Below are positions 28,180 through 36,447 of a stretch of DNA of 40,734 nucleotides, piece by piece; the first letter of the stretch is position 1; each line of letters begins with the position of its first letter. Origin of the DNA: Euryarchaeota archaeon UBA220 (GTDB lineage Archaea > Thermoplasmatota > Poseidoniia > Poseidoniales > Thalassarchaeaceae); NCBI GenBank assembly GCA_002501885.1, contig DAON01000015.1, positions 1 to 40,734 of the forward strand, in the 5' to 3' direction. The position numbers were made by a program, and so were the translations under genes. The notes beneath the pieces were generated by a model, which made no database searches, was not told where the DNA came from, and saw nothing but the letters and a program-made list of their open reading frames with translations.

Positions 28180-28494
28180 TTAATCACCTATCACAAAATC
28201 TTCTGCCACATCTCCGCCTCTCAGGTGCTCGAGTATTCTCTCCAATCCCTCATCATCATCTGGCAGGGTGTACCAAGTTCCTTCTGGATAGATTACACAG
28301 GATGGGCCATCCTCACAGTTGTCCAGGCATCCTGCCTTGTTCACTCTTACATCTTCCAACCCCTCAGCGCGAGCAGCGCGCTTCAAACGAGTCAGCAATT
28401 CGAGCGAATTCTTGGAAATGCAACACCCTCTCGGACTATCTGTAGCCCTCTCGTTCGTACAAACGAATACATGTTTCCTGAATCGATGCGCCAT
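28180..28494 (-). CDS. Thioredoxin-like [2Fe-2S] ferredoxin
   Basis: HVFVCTNER...GCC...KAGCLDNCEDGPSCVIYPEGTWY is the characteristic Cys pattern. Confidence 0.8.
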   Translation of the reverse strand: MAHRFRKHVFVCTNERATDSPRGCCISKNSLELLTRLKRAARAEGLEDVRVNKAGCLDNCEDGPSCVIYPEGTWYTLPDDDEGLERILEHLRGGDVAEDFVIGD

Positions 28495-28502
28495 CTCACC
28501 AC

Positions 28503-28856
28503 CTAGATTCTATCGAACTTAGCAGCCAGTACGAAGTCGGATTCGGTCAATCCGTCAATCTTGTGAGTCCAAATCATTGCCTTGACTCTACCCCAGCCAA
28601 CCTCAAAGTCGGCATGATGCCCTTGCTCTTCGCAAATCGCTCCTGCTGCATTTGTGAATTCTAGAGCAGATATGAAATCAGAAAATGACCATTCTCTCTC
28701 TAAGTGATGCCCTTCTACGATAGTCCAATCTTCTGCAAGTTGAACTAACAATTCGGATTGCTCATCTTCTACAAGTGGGGGAACACCGCCCTCACAAGGC
28801 TCACACTTCTTTGCGGCCAAATCGGACACCCAATCATCCCCAGAGGTGACTATCAT
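28503..28856 (-). CDS. Pterin-4a-carbinolamine dehydratase (PCD/DCoH, COG2154)
   Basis: EEQGHHADFEVGWGRVKAMIWTHKIDGLTESDFVLAAKFD fits the PCD signature with HHA in place of HHP. The ATG at 28856 gives a typical 117 aa. Confidence 0.8.
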   Translation of the reverse strand: MIVTSGDDWVSDLAAKKCEPCEGGVPPLVEDEQSELLVQLAEDWTIVEGHHLEREWSFSDFISALEFTNAAGAICEEQGHHADFEVGWGRVKAMIWTHKIDGLTESDFVLAAKFDRI

Positions 28857-29286
28857 CACTACCGTCAGCACTTCTCTCAGCCTCTTCTTGCATGCTGGAG
28901 CGGCGTCTGAAATCTTCCTTCTCAAAGGTCAATAACTCCTTGTCTTCGATGTAAGGGCGTCGAAGATGAGTAACTAGTCTGACCTCGACAATTACATCCC
29001 TAGCAATAGATCTGAATCCTCCACTCTCGTCCAGAATCTCGACGGCATTACGAGAAGTTCCAATCAACATGCCTCTTACCCAGGGGTCGACATCCTTGGG
29101 CAGAGCTCTTGCATCTAGAAGAATCTCAATTAAATCGTCCTTGCGCAGACCCGACCTGCGCTCTAGTAATGGCCCATGGAATACATCTTGCAAATCCGAT
29201 AGCTCGGGCGAGCCATACTCTTCGTGTATGCGTCTCGCCCATCCCGGGAGATCATCGATTCTCTTGCCTTTGCGTGTTCCTGCCAT
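28834..29286 (-). CDS. Hypothetical protein (150 aa), first gene of the PCD operon
   Basis: This is a long ORF with codon usage like its neighbours, and its 3' end overlaps the PCD start by 23 nt. I can name no domain. Confidence 0.55.
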   Translation of the reverse strand: MAGTRKGKRIDDLPGWARRIHEEYGSPELSDLQDVFHGPLLERRSGLRKDDLIEILLDARALPKDVDPWVRGMLIGTSRNAVEILDESGGFRSIARDVIVEVRLVTHLRRPYIEDKELLTFEKEDFRRRSSMQEEAERSADGSDDSHLWG

Positions 29287-29399
29287 GCCAATGCGCCACA
29301 GTCGTGATAGAAAAGGAGTAGGATTGGTCCCCGAGACATGATTTTGCCGACTGTGGGCTTGAAAGGTGATGGGAGAGGCCGCAGACCGGAGGCGAGCGG

Positions 29400-30428
29400 A
29401 TGGCAGGGGTTAACTGGAGAAGCATACCTACGGTATTGTATCCACAGGAGATTCTCGACAAGGCATTCAGCAGGGCGAGTAAACAGTCAGATTTCGTTGA
29501 AGACCCCGACAAGTACCATAGAGTCCGCAAGCAGATGGACAGGATGGTCCAGTCTGCCGCCGATGTCATTGATTCCACTCTACTAAAATGGGTTGACAGA
29601 TGGCCGAGTCTGAATGCACTTTCGCAGTTCGATCAGGCTTTGATTGATGCCGCAGTAGGTAATGACGAGTACCGTAAGAGCCTGGGCACAATACAGTGGG
29701 CTGCTGAACAGGTCCGCAAAATTGCAGGTGAGACACAGAGGAAGATTCTGAGACTCAGAAACATCGAGGGATTCCATCAGGCACGCCGCCATGCATACGG
29801 ACGGTTCTCATCTATTCTAGACCAGGTCTCACCTCAGATAATGTGGCTTGGCGAAGCCCGAGATACCCTCCGTCACCTCCCCTCTCTAGATCCCAGTGAG
29901 CCATGCATTGTGGTAGCAGGGGCTCCAAATGTTGGAAAATCAGCACTGATTTCTGCACTCTCTAGCGGAGAGCCAGAAGTCGCATCCTACCCATTCACTA
30001 CTAAGCAATTACACTTAGGGCACTTTGAGCATCGACGCAGAGCATACCAAATGGTCGACACACCAGGTCTTCTAGACAGGCCAATGTCTGAGAGAAACCG
30101 AATTGAGTTGCAAGCAATCGCTGCTCTAGAGCACATTGGCGATGTCCTTCTATTCCTAGTCGATTTGTCAGAAGGGGCAACAACTCCATTGGATGAACAG
30201 AAACATCTTCTGGAGGAGGCCAGCCATTTGATGTCAGAACGACCTCTGATTGTAGTTCACAGCAAGGCAGACTTAATCGGCTCATTAGCAGAAGAAGTCG
30301 AGACTCCAATAAGTGCTCAGACCGGACAAGGACTAGAGGAACTCAGGGCTAGACTAATCGAAGTAATAGGGGCTGATGAAGTAGTCGATCCACTCAACCT
30401 ACCTGAGAATTGGCACCGAGATGACTAA
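29400..30428 (+). CDS. NOG1-type GTPase (archaeal Nog1 homolog)
   Basis: The N-terminal IPTVLYPQEILDKAFSRA domain is followed by G1 GAPNVGKS, G2 YPFTT, G3 DTPG and G4 SKAD motifs. A GGAGG SD lies 7 nt upstream. Confidence 0.88.
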   Translation: MAGVNWRSIPTVLYPQEILDKAFSRASKQSDFVEDPDKYHRVRKQMDRMVQSAADVIDSTLLKWVDRWPSLNALSQFDQALIDAAVGNDEYRKSLGTIQWAAEQVRKIAGETQRKILRLRNIEGFHQARRHAYGRFSSILDQVSPQIMWLGEARDTLRHLPSLDPSEPCIVVAGAPNVGKSALISALSSGEPEVASYPFTTKQLHLGHFEHRRRAYQMVDTPGLLDRPMSERNRIELQAIAALEHIGDVLLFLVDLSEGATTPLDEQKHLLEEASHLMSERPLIVVHSKADLIGSLAEEVETPISAQTGQGLEELRARLIEVIGADEVVDPLNLPENWHRDD

Positions 30429-30545
30429 TCAGTCAACTTTCCAGTGGTGCCCACATATGGTACAGTAGAGGCTGTAGCCGCCAAATGAAGGCGGTAGTCC
30501 AGAGACATCGATTGCAGAACCACAGTTCTCGCAGGTCTTGTCCAT
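30429..30545 (-). CDS. Small zinc-ribbon protein, 38 aa (absent from the supplied ORF track)
   Basis: My translation is MDKTCENCGSAIDVSGLPPSFGGYSLYCTICGHHWKVD, with two CxxC pairs. An AAGGAGTG SD lies 10 nt upstream. The ORF exactly fills an otherwise 161-nt gap, and its stop abuts the Nog1 stop. Confidence 0.6.
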   Translation of the reverse strand: MDKTCENCGSAIDVSGLPPSFGGYSLYCTICGHHWKVD

Positions 30546-30589
30546 GTACTATGCACTCCTTACTGGTTTTTCAACAAGACTGAATCTAC

Positions 30590-31180
30590 TCATGCTTCTT
30601 TGAATCGATTCCAGGCCTTCACAATTCTTTGGTGAGCGAACATTTCGCCCGAACCAGCCAGTAGAAGAATTGACACAATTGCCAGGAGAATCTCTACAAT
30701 CGGGTTAAGGGCAATCTCTGGAGTAATTGTGACTAACTGCTCTCCTCCAATTCCTGATGTATCTGTACTCGCGGTTGTGAATCTGTATTCTCCCGGACTT
30801 AGATCGAAGGTTAGTGAACCGCCATCCTCATCTGGCCCCCCTGCGACGAAATCGAAATCCTCAGCAGTACAAGATGTAAGTCCACTCGAGTCTGGCTCGC
30901 AGTCTTCAGGAGGGGGGCTTTCGATTACGCCAATCCAACTAGTTGCGAATTGCTCCCATTCGATTGTTACTTCTATATCGAGTAGTATGAAAGCAGTGGG
31001 CGAACTGAGATCCTCATCACTCATTCCTACCGGGCATCCTGTACTATCATCAGTACATGGCACAAGAGGGATATCCGTGCGACTGGCATCTAATGTGGGA
31101 GAATATAGGCTGATTAACAATAGAATGGCACAGATTATTCCCATCGCAGCAGGTAGAATTGATAGAATCCTAATCATCAT
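30590..31180 (-). CDS. Hypothetical bitopic membrane protein with Cys-containing acidic ectodomain
   Basis: N- and C-terminal TM helices flank a roughly 130-aa acidic domain with 4 Cys. ATG 31180 has the strong SD AAGGAGTGA 5 nt upstream, so it is preferred over GTG 31201. Confidence 0.6.
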   Translation of the reverse strand: MMIRILSILPAAMGIICAILLLISLYSPTLDASRTDIPLVPCTDDSTGCPVGMSDEDLSSPTAFILLDIEVTIEWEQFATSWIGVIESPPPEDCEPDSSGLTSCTAEDFDFVAGGPDEDGGSLTFDLSPGEYRFTTASTDTSGIGGEQLVTITPEIALNPIVEILLAIVSILLLAGSGEMFAHQRIVKAWNRFKEA

Positions 31181-31222
31181 CGCACTCACTCCTTCTTTCA
31201 CTCACAGTTCAATCTGACGCCA

Positions 31223-31531
31223 CTATGTTATCACTTGTAAGAACACCAAAAGTATGGCTATTGCAGGGAATAGGTACAACATTACTGTCAACCTCTTCCT
31301 AGATGACTCGCGTTTACGCCGAGTCTCACCACATTGCTGATCCGAACAAACCGGAGGATCTTCGTCCAGAGGTATAGGTGCCCAGCACACCGAACAGTGT
31401 CGATGATCAGGGGTTGAGAAGTTTCGCTTAGCACGCTCCTTCTTCTGAGCCTCTCGTCCACGCTTGGCGGCCTCACGCGCCTCTCCAGCAGTCCTCTGAG
31501 CATCCCGCATAATCCGGTCGCGCTGACTCAT
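31223..31531 (-). CDS. Hypothetical basic zinc-ribbon protein with C-terminal TM anchor
   Basis: A Lys/Arg/Glu-rich N-terminus is followed by CSVC...C...C and the C-terminal helix LTVMLYLFPAIAILLVFLQVI. An ATGA overlap joins it to the pyrH stop. Confidence 0.6.
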   Translation of the reverse strand: MSQRDRIMRDAQRTAGEAREAAKRGREAQKKERAKRNFSTPDHRHCSVCWAPIPLDEDPPVCSDQQCGETRRKRESSRKRLTVMLYLFPAIAILLVFLQVIT

Positions 31532-32226
31532 CCTACCACGGTTCCTCCAAATTCATCGCCTTCTATGGCCGACCTAAGTGCACTGATACTCCTGCCATCG
31601 AGTATGCACAGTTTCATTCCGGCTTCCGCAGCCGCGTCAGCGCCGATCGGATCGACCACCTGTGAAGGCCCGGCCCTGGAGTGTTCTGCAGGGCCAACAA
31701 TTTCCTGTAATTCGGAATGAGTAAGGAAATCAAACGCTTGAGCATTTGGATTGGTTCTTGGGTCCGAGTCATGCACCTTGGCGACATTAGTCGCAATGAT
31801 ACAACGCTCAGCACCAGATGATACAGCCAGCCTGATCGCCACAGCATCAGTAGTGTGTCCTGGCCTTGTCCCTCCCATTACCACTACTTGTCTTTCCTCG
31901 AGCAGCGAAACGGCCTCGTTAACGCTCAAAGGTATACTTCCGGACACAGGAATCCCAGCATCGGCAAGACTCTCTCGCACAATGGCGGCGTTCAATCTGG
32001 TGGCGGCGATACCTATCCTGTCTAACCTGTCTTCCGAGTCTATGAGTGGCCTTGCCAACTCTATTCCCTCTCGAGCAGCCGCTCCGCCACCGACAACTAT
32101 GCCCAATTTGTCATCCATTGCTACACGGTCTCTAACTACCTCGATTAGGCTCTCTAACCAAGCATGTCTCTCTTCGACCTCGGGCCTGAGCAGACTGCCT
32201 CCTAGGGCGGCTACGACCTTCGCCAT
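31528..32226 (-). CDS. pyrH: Uridylate (UMP) kinase, archaeal type
   Basis: MAKVVAALGGSLLRPE, GIVVGGG and GGTRPGHTTDAVAIRLA motifs. The start could also be ATG 32244. Confidence 0.85.
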   Translation of the reverse strand: MAKVVAALGGSLLRPEVEERHAWLESLIEVVRDRVAMDDKLGIVVGGGAAAREGIELARPLIDSEDRLDRIGIAATRLNAAIVRESLADAGIPVSGSIPLSVNEAVSLLEERQVVVMGGTRPGHTTDAVAIRLAVSSGAERCIIATNVAKVHDSDPRTNPNAQAFDFLTHSELQEIVGPAEHSRAGPSQVVDPIGADAAAEAGMKLCILDGRSISALRSAIEGDEFGGTVVG

Positions 32227-32302
32227 TGATGGTTGCGTACACATGCACCCTTTCAATGCCTGTGCCTCTAGTGCGGTGAAGGGTTGAAATGCCGCCCCTC
32301 AG

Positions 32303-32317
32303 GCCTCTAACAGAGGC
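32303..32317 (+). promoter_or_regulatory. 6-bp inverted repeat GCCTCT-AAC-AGAGGC covering the putative aRF1 SD
   Basis: Read directly from the sequence. The 3' arm AGAGG sits 6 nt before ATG 32323, and the 5' arm is anti-SD-like. Confidence 0.3.
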
Positions 32318-32322
32318 ATAGC

Positions 32323-33570
32323 ATGTCAGATGACCTAGAACAGCAGCAGCGCAGACTGCGTCTGAAGAAGGCACTGGAGGAACTATCCTCAATGCGAGGC
32401 ATGGGAACCGAGCTGGTGACAGTCATTGTCCCTCCTGATAGGATGATTCACGATGTCAGGCAGCACCTGTCTCAAGAGGCGGGTCAAGCCGCCAATATCA
32501 AGTCAAAATTGACAAGAAAACATGTAGGGGATGCGATAGAGTCAGCCTTGGCTTCGCTAAATCGATACAAGACGCCCGGGGAACATGGCATCGCCTTATT
32601 TGTTGGACATGTTATCGTTGGTAACAACAAAACCAGACTAATCAGCACAGTTATTGATGACCCTCCTGAACCATTCCCGTCTTTCAGATACCGATGCGAC
32701 TCAACTTTCGAAATCAGTCAGTTAGAAGAGATGCTAATTGATAGGACAGCATACGGTCTGTTTGTTATCGATCGCTCTGAGTCAGCTTATGGAATAGCTT
32801 CGGGCAAGATACTACATTGTCAGGAGCACATCACATCACAGGTTCCTTCAAAGCACGGCAGAGGAGGCCAGTCTGCTCAGCGTTTCGAGAGACTAATCGA
32901 AGAGGCTGCCCACAACTTCTTTCAGAAATCCGCTGAGCGAGCTTGTAACTACTGGTTGCCCCAAATAGAGAATCTACAGGGAATTATTGTCGGAGGCCCC
33001 GGAGCGACGAAGGATTTCGTGGTAAAGAAGGATTATTTCCATCACGAGATCAAGAAACTAATCAGAGAGCCTCTGTTTGATGTTGGCTACTCCAATGAGA
33101 GTGGTCTGCGTGAGTTGATTCAGCGAGCAGGCGGTTTGATGGATCAGATTGAACTAGATGCCGAGAGGAATCTCGTCGATCAGTTCCTTCGCGAAGTGAT
33201 GCAGAATCACCCCAAGGCAACATACGGTGAAACGATGGTAAGGGCAGCCCTCGACCAAGGCGCAGTACACACCTTACTTCTATCAGAAAACCTTAGACAG
33301 CGAAGAGTTGGCTGGACTTGTAAGCAGTGCAGACACGAATGGGAATCTACTCAAAGTAAAAGGTCTGACATTCCAAATTGTCCATCTTGCGATTCTGAGA
33401 ACATTTCAGAGGATCCTGATAGATCTATGGATCTGGTGGACGAGCTGAGTATGCTAGCTGGCCACATCTCGGCCAAAGTCAGCCTCATCTCTATGGACAC
33501 CGAAGAAGGAGTTACGCTTAACGACTCATTTGGTGGAATCGCCGCTATCCTGAGGTATGCATGGAGTTAA
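32323..33570 (+). CDS. prf1: Peptide chain release factor aRF1
   Basis: NIKS motif (ANIKSKLT), GGQ motif (HGRGGQSAQRF) and a 415-aa three-domain layout. Confidence 0.95.
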   Translation: MSDDLEQQQRRLRLKKALEELSSMRGMGTELVTVIVPPDRMIHDVRQHLSQEAGQAANIKSKLTRKHVGDAIESALASLNRYKTPGEHGIALFVGHVIVGNNKTRLISTVIDDPPEPFPSFRYRCDSTFEISQLEEMLIDRTAYGLFVIDRSESAYGIASGKILHCQEHITSQVPSKHGRGGQSAQRFERLIEEAAHNFFQKSAERACNYWLPQIENLQGIIVGGPGATKDFVVKKDYFHHEIKKLIREPLFDVGYSNESGLRELIQRAGGLMDQIELDAERNLVDQFLREVMQNHPKATYGETMVRAALDQGAVHTLLLSENLRQRRVGWTCKQCRHEWESTQSKRSDIPNCPSCDSENISEDPDRSMDLVDELSMLAGHISAKVSLISMDTEEGVTLNDSFGGIAAILRYAWS

Positions 33571-33574
33571 TCAG

Positions 33575-35311
33575 ATGAAGATTCTCAAACAGGCCGTCAA
33601 GGACGAGGTGGCCGCGGCACTTGCTAAAGCAGGCGCTGAGGGGGATTTAGGAAACCTTCTGGGGCCTGCAACTGTAGAGGAGCATGGCGATTTAGCTATA
33701 CCATGTCACAGTCTCGCGCCATCACTCAAGCGCTCACCAGTAGAAATAGCCGAATCGATAACTTCTGTACTCTCTCCCTCACTTTCTGGAATCGCAGAAG
33801 TATCTGCAGTTAGCGGATTCGTCAATATCAAAGCCGATTCAGCATGGCTCGCAGCAAGACTTAGCGAACTACTTCCTGATGAGCGATTAGGAGTTTTAAT
33901 CGAGAATCCAAGAGTAGCCGCTGTAGATTACTCGTCACCAAATGTAGCCAAGGAGATGCATGTTGGCCATCTCAGGTCTACAGTAATCGGTGATGCGATT
34001 GTACGGATGATGATGCACAAGGGCCATACTGTGCATCGGGAAAATCATGTTGGAGACTGGGGAACTCCCTTTGGTATGCTCATCGAACATCTTCTAGACT
34101 TGGGCGAGGACAATGCTGCCGACGAACTTGGGATGGGCGACTTAGATGGATTCTACAAACAGGCCCGAGCGAAATTCAACAAGGATGAGATGTTCGTTGA
34201 AAGATCTCGCAATCGTGTAGTAATGTTGCAAGGAGGGGACGAGGAGACACTCAGGCTGTGGCGCGTCCTAGTGGATGAGTCTATGCGATATTTCAACGAA
34301 GTCTATGGTATGCTTGGGGTGCTACTAACTAACGACGACATAATGGGCGAGTCGAATTATCATCACTTACTTCCTGAGGTAGTTTCTAGGTTAGAAAATC
34401 TAGAGATGTTGGAAGATAGCGATGGTGCCAAAGTAGTGTATCCTGGTGGCTGGGTCAATCGCGAAGGAGATCCTTTGCCACTAATTATACAGAAGGCAGA
34501 TGGAGGTTACAACTACGCTACCACTGATCTTGCATGTATCATCGACAGAGTTGAGAGACTTGGCTGCAATGACTTGCTTTATGTTGTAGGGGCCCCCCAA
34601 TCTCAGCACTTCAAGATGGTTTTCGAGGTCGCTAAACAAGCTGGATTAATTGACGGCTCACACAATGTCAATCACATCAAATTCGGCTCAGTTTTGGATT
34701 CCGACGGAAAGATTCTGAAGAGTCGCGAGGGCGAGGCAATCAAACTCGTCGATCTACTCAATGAGTCAGTTGTCAGAGCTGAGCAGGCAATCGCCCAGAG
34801 AAATCCATCAATCAATCCAAAGCAGAGAGCAGATATTGCCAGAGCTATTGGAATTGGTGCAGTAAAGTATGCCGACTTGTCTACTGAGAGAACCAAGGAC
34901 TACATATTTGACTGGGACAGAATGCTATCTTTTGATGGAAATACATCTCCATATCTTCAGTATGCTCATGCTAGAATCTGTAGTATTTTTCGTCGTTCAG
35001 ATGTGTCCAGGCCCCTTCGTGACGATATTCCTTTCATTATCGAACATGCCGAGGAAGCACTACTCGCAAGGAGACTAGTCAACTTCTCTGCTATGGTGGA
35101 TGAATCTCTGCATACTTATTCTCCACATCGCCTATGCACCTACTTGCATTCAGTGGCATCTGCATTCGCATCTTTCTACGAGAGCTGCCCTGTTTTATCA
35201 ACTGGAGACGATGAAATTAGGATGAGTCGCTTGGCACTTTGTGATCTGACCGCTAGAACTCTATCGTCTGGACTGACTCTATTAGGAATTGACTGTCCCG
35301 AGCAAATGTAA
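33575..35311 (+). CDS. argS: Arginine--tRNA ligase
   Basis: SSPNVAKEMHVGHLRS is the HIGH region, and the C-terminal anticodon-binding domain ends in M. ATG 33575 (GGAG 8 nt upstream) is preferred over ATG 33557. Confidence 0.93.
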   Translation: MKILKQAVKDEVAAALAKAGAEGDLGNLLGPATVEEHGDLAIPCHSLAPSLKRSPVEIAESITSVLSPSLSGIAEVSAVSGFVNIKADSAWLAARLSELLPDERLGVLIENPRVAAVDYSSPNVAKEMHVGHLRSTVIGDAIVRMMMHKGHTVHRENHVGDWGTPFGMLIEHLLDLGEDNAADELGMGDLDGFYKQARAKFNKDEMFVERSRNRVVMLQGGDEETLRLWRVLVDESMRYFNEVYGMLGVLLTNDDIMGESNYHHLLPEVVSRLENLEMLEDSDGAKVVYPGGWVNREGDPLPLIIQKADGGYNYATTDLACIIDRVERLGCNDLLYVVGAPQSQHFKMVFEVAKQAGLIDGSHNVNHIKFGSVLDSDGKILKSREGEAIKLVDLLNESVVRAEQAIAQRNPSINPKQRADIARAIGIGAVKYADLSTERTKDYIFDWDRMLSFDGNTSPYLQYAHARICSIFRRSDVSRPLRDDIPFIIEHAEEALLARRLVNFSAMVDESLHTYSPHRLCTYLHSVASAFASFYESCPVLSTGDDEIRMSRLALCDLTARTLSSGLTLLGIDCPEQM

Positions 35312-35335
35312 TCAGTCAAACCTCGTGGAGGTGCC

Positions 35336-35794
35336 ATGCCCTCAGTAGGAGACATGGCCCCCGACTTTACATTGACCGCCCAAGACAAGTCCTCGGTGAC
35401 TCTCAGCGAAATGAGAGGGAGTCGGGTAATTTTGGCGTTCTACCCTGCTGCATTCACTGGAGTTTGTACTAAGGAAATGTGCACATTCTCGGAAGGAATG
35501 TCCAGTTTGAATTCAAGCGGCGTCAGTGTGTTTGGGATTTCAGTTGACTCACCTTTCTCGAACGCCGCTTTTGCTGATGCCAATGGAATCTCATTCCCTC
35601 TTCTATCCGATGTTCACAGGGAGGCAATTGAGTCATATGGTGTTTCTCTGGCCGATTTCGTAATCTCTGGTTATACGGTCGCTCAACGCTCTGTATTTGT
35701 GATTGAGGCCGATGGTAGAGTGGGGTATTCTTGGGTCGCAGAAAACCCTGGAATTGAACCGGACTACGAGGCAGTAATGGCTCATTGTGCTTAG
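35336..35794 (+). CDS. Peroxiredoxin (AhpC/TSA family)
   Basis: The motif [15 protein letters not shown] contains the peroxidatic Cys. The size of 152 aa fits. Confidence 0.85.
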   Translation: MPSVGDMAPDFTLTAQDKSSVTLSEMRGSRVILAFYPAAFTGVCTKEMCTFSEGMSSLNSSGVSVFGISVDSPFSNAAFADANGISFPLLSDVHREAIESYGVSLADFVISGYTVAQRSVFVIEADGRVGYSWVAENPGIEPDYEAVMAHCA

Positions 35795-35826
35795 ATATGG
35801 AAAACTATCTTCTAATGAGCGGCCGA

Positions 35827-36420
35827 TTATTCGTTAGAGACTTCTTCCCCGGTCCATCGCTTGCCGATTGAGTGGTCAACACCCATTTGATCGAGAATCC
35901 TCGATACTACGAAGTCAACGAGGTCATCGATATTCTCGGGCGCATGATAGAAACCAGGGCTTGCTGGCAGAATCACCACTCCCCAGGAAGACATCTTTGC
36001 CATCGCTTCAAGATGAGGAGTTGCAACAGGAGTCTCACGCGGAACCAATATCAGTTTCCTTCTCTCTTTGAGGGCAACTAGGGCACTGCGTGTGGCCAAG
36101 TTGTCGGAAATACCTGCTGCAATTTTTCCTATAGTAGTGCCACTGGCAGGACATACTACACAAGCTTCGTACTTTGCCGAACCAGATGCAGACCTAGCAG
36201 CTAGATTGCGGTTATCATCGAGCCTAACTCCATCTCTCTTGGCCAACTCATCGGGAGTTATTCCACACTCTAAATCGAGGTTGATTGCCCCTGCATTAGT
36301 AACAATCAGGCTGACTTCCCAACCCGCCTCTAGTAACGCATCAAGTAGTCTGACACCATACCGCGCTCCGGAAGCTCCAGTGATTGCTACAACTGCCTCA
36401 GGCATGTTACTCCGTTTCAC
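35827..36420 (-). CDS. ubiX: Flavin prenyltransferase UbiX
   Basis: VAITGASGARYGVRLLDAL, LIVTNAG and CPASGTTIGKIAAG are UbiX/Pad1 family motifs. Confidence 0.88.
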   Translation of the reverse strand: MKRSNMPEAVVAITGASGARYGVRLLDALLEAGWEVSLIVTNAGAINLDLECGITPDELAKRDGVRLDDNRNLAARSASGSAKYEACVVCPASGTTIGKIAAGISDNLATRSALVALKERRKLILVPRETPVATPHLEAMAKMSSWGVVILPASPGFYHAPENIDDLVDFVVSRILDQMGVDHSIGKRWTGEEVSNE

Positions 36421-36447
36421 CTACTGCCCTTGAATGGTTGCATCGCC

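Noticed and set aside
28857-28925. A longer N-terminus for the PCD gene (the 140-aa ORF)
   Set aside because: It would overlap the upstream ORF by 92 nt. The ATG at 28856 gives the canonical length of about 117 aa.
31751-32287. A 178-aa plus-strand ORF antisense to pyrH
   Set aside because: It is a shadow ORF opposite a gene with clear UMP-kinase motifs. Its translation is low complexity.
33320-33390. A CxxC...CxxC zinc-ribbon segment in the C-terminal domain of aRF1, considered as a novel insertion
   Set aside because: From memory, a Cys-bearing mini-domain at this position occurs in other archaeal aRF1 proteins. I cannot verify this without an alignment, so it is not claimed as novel.
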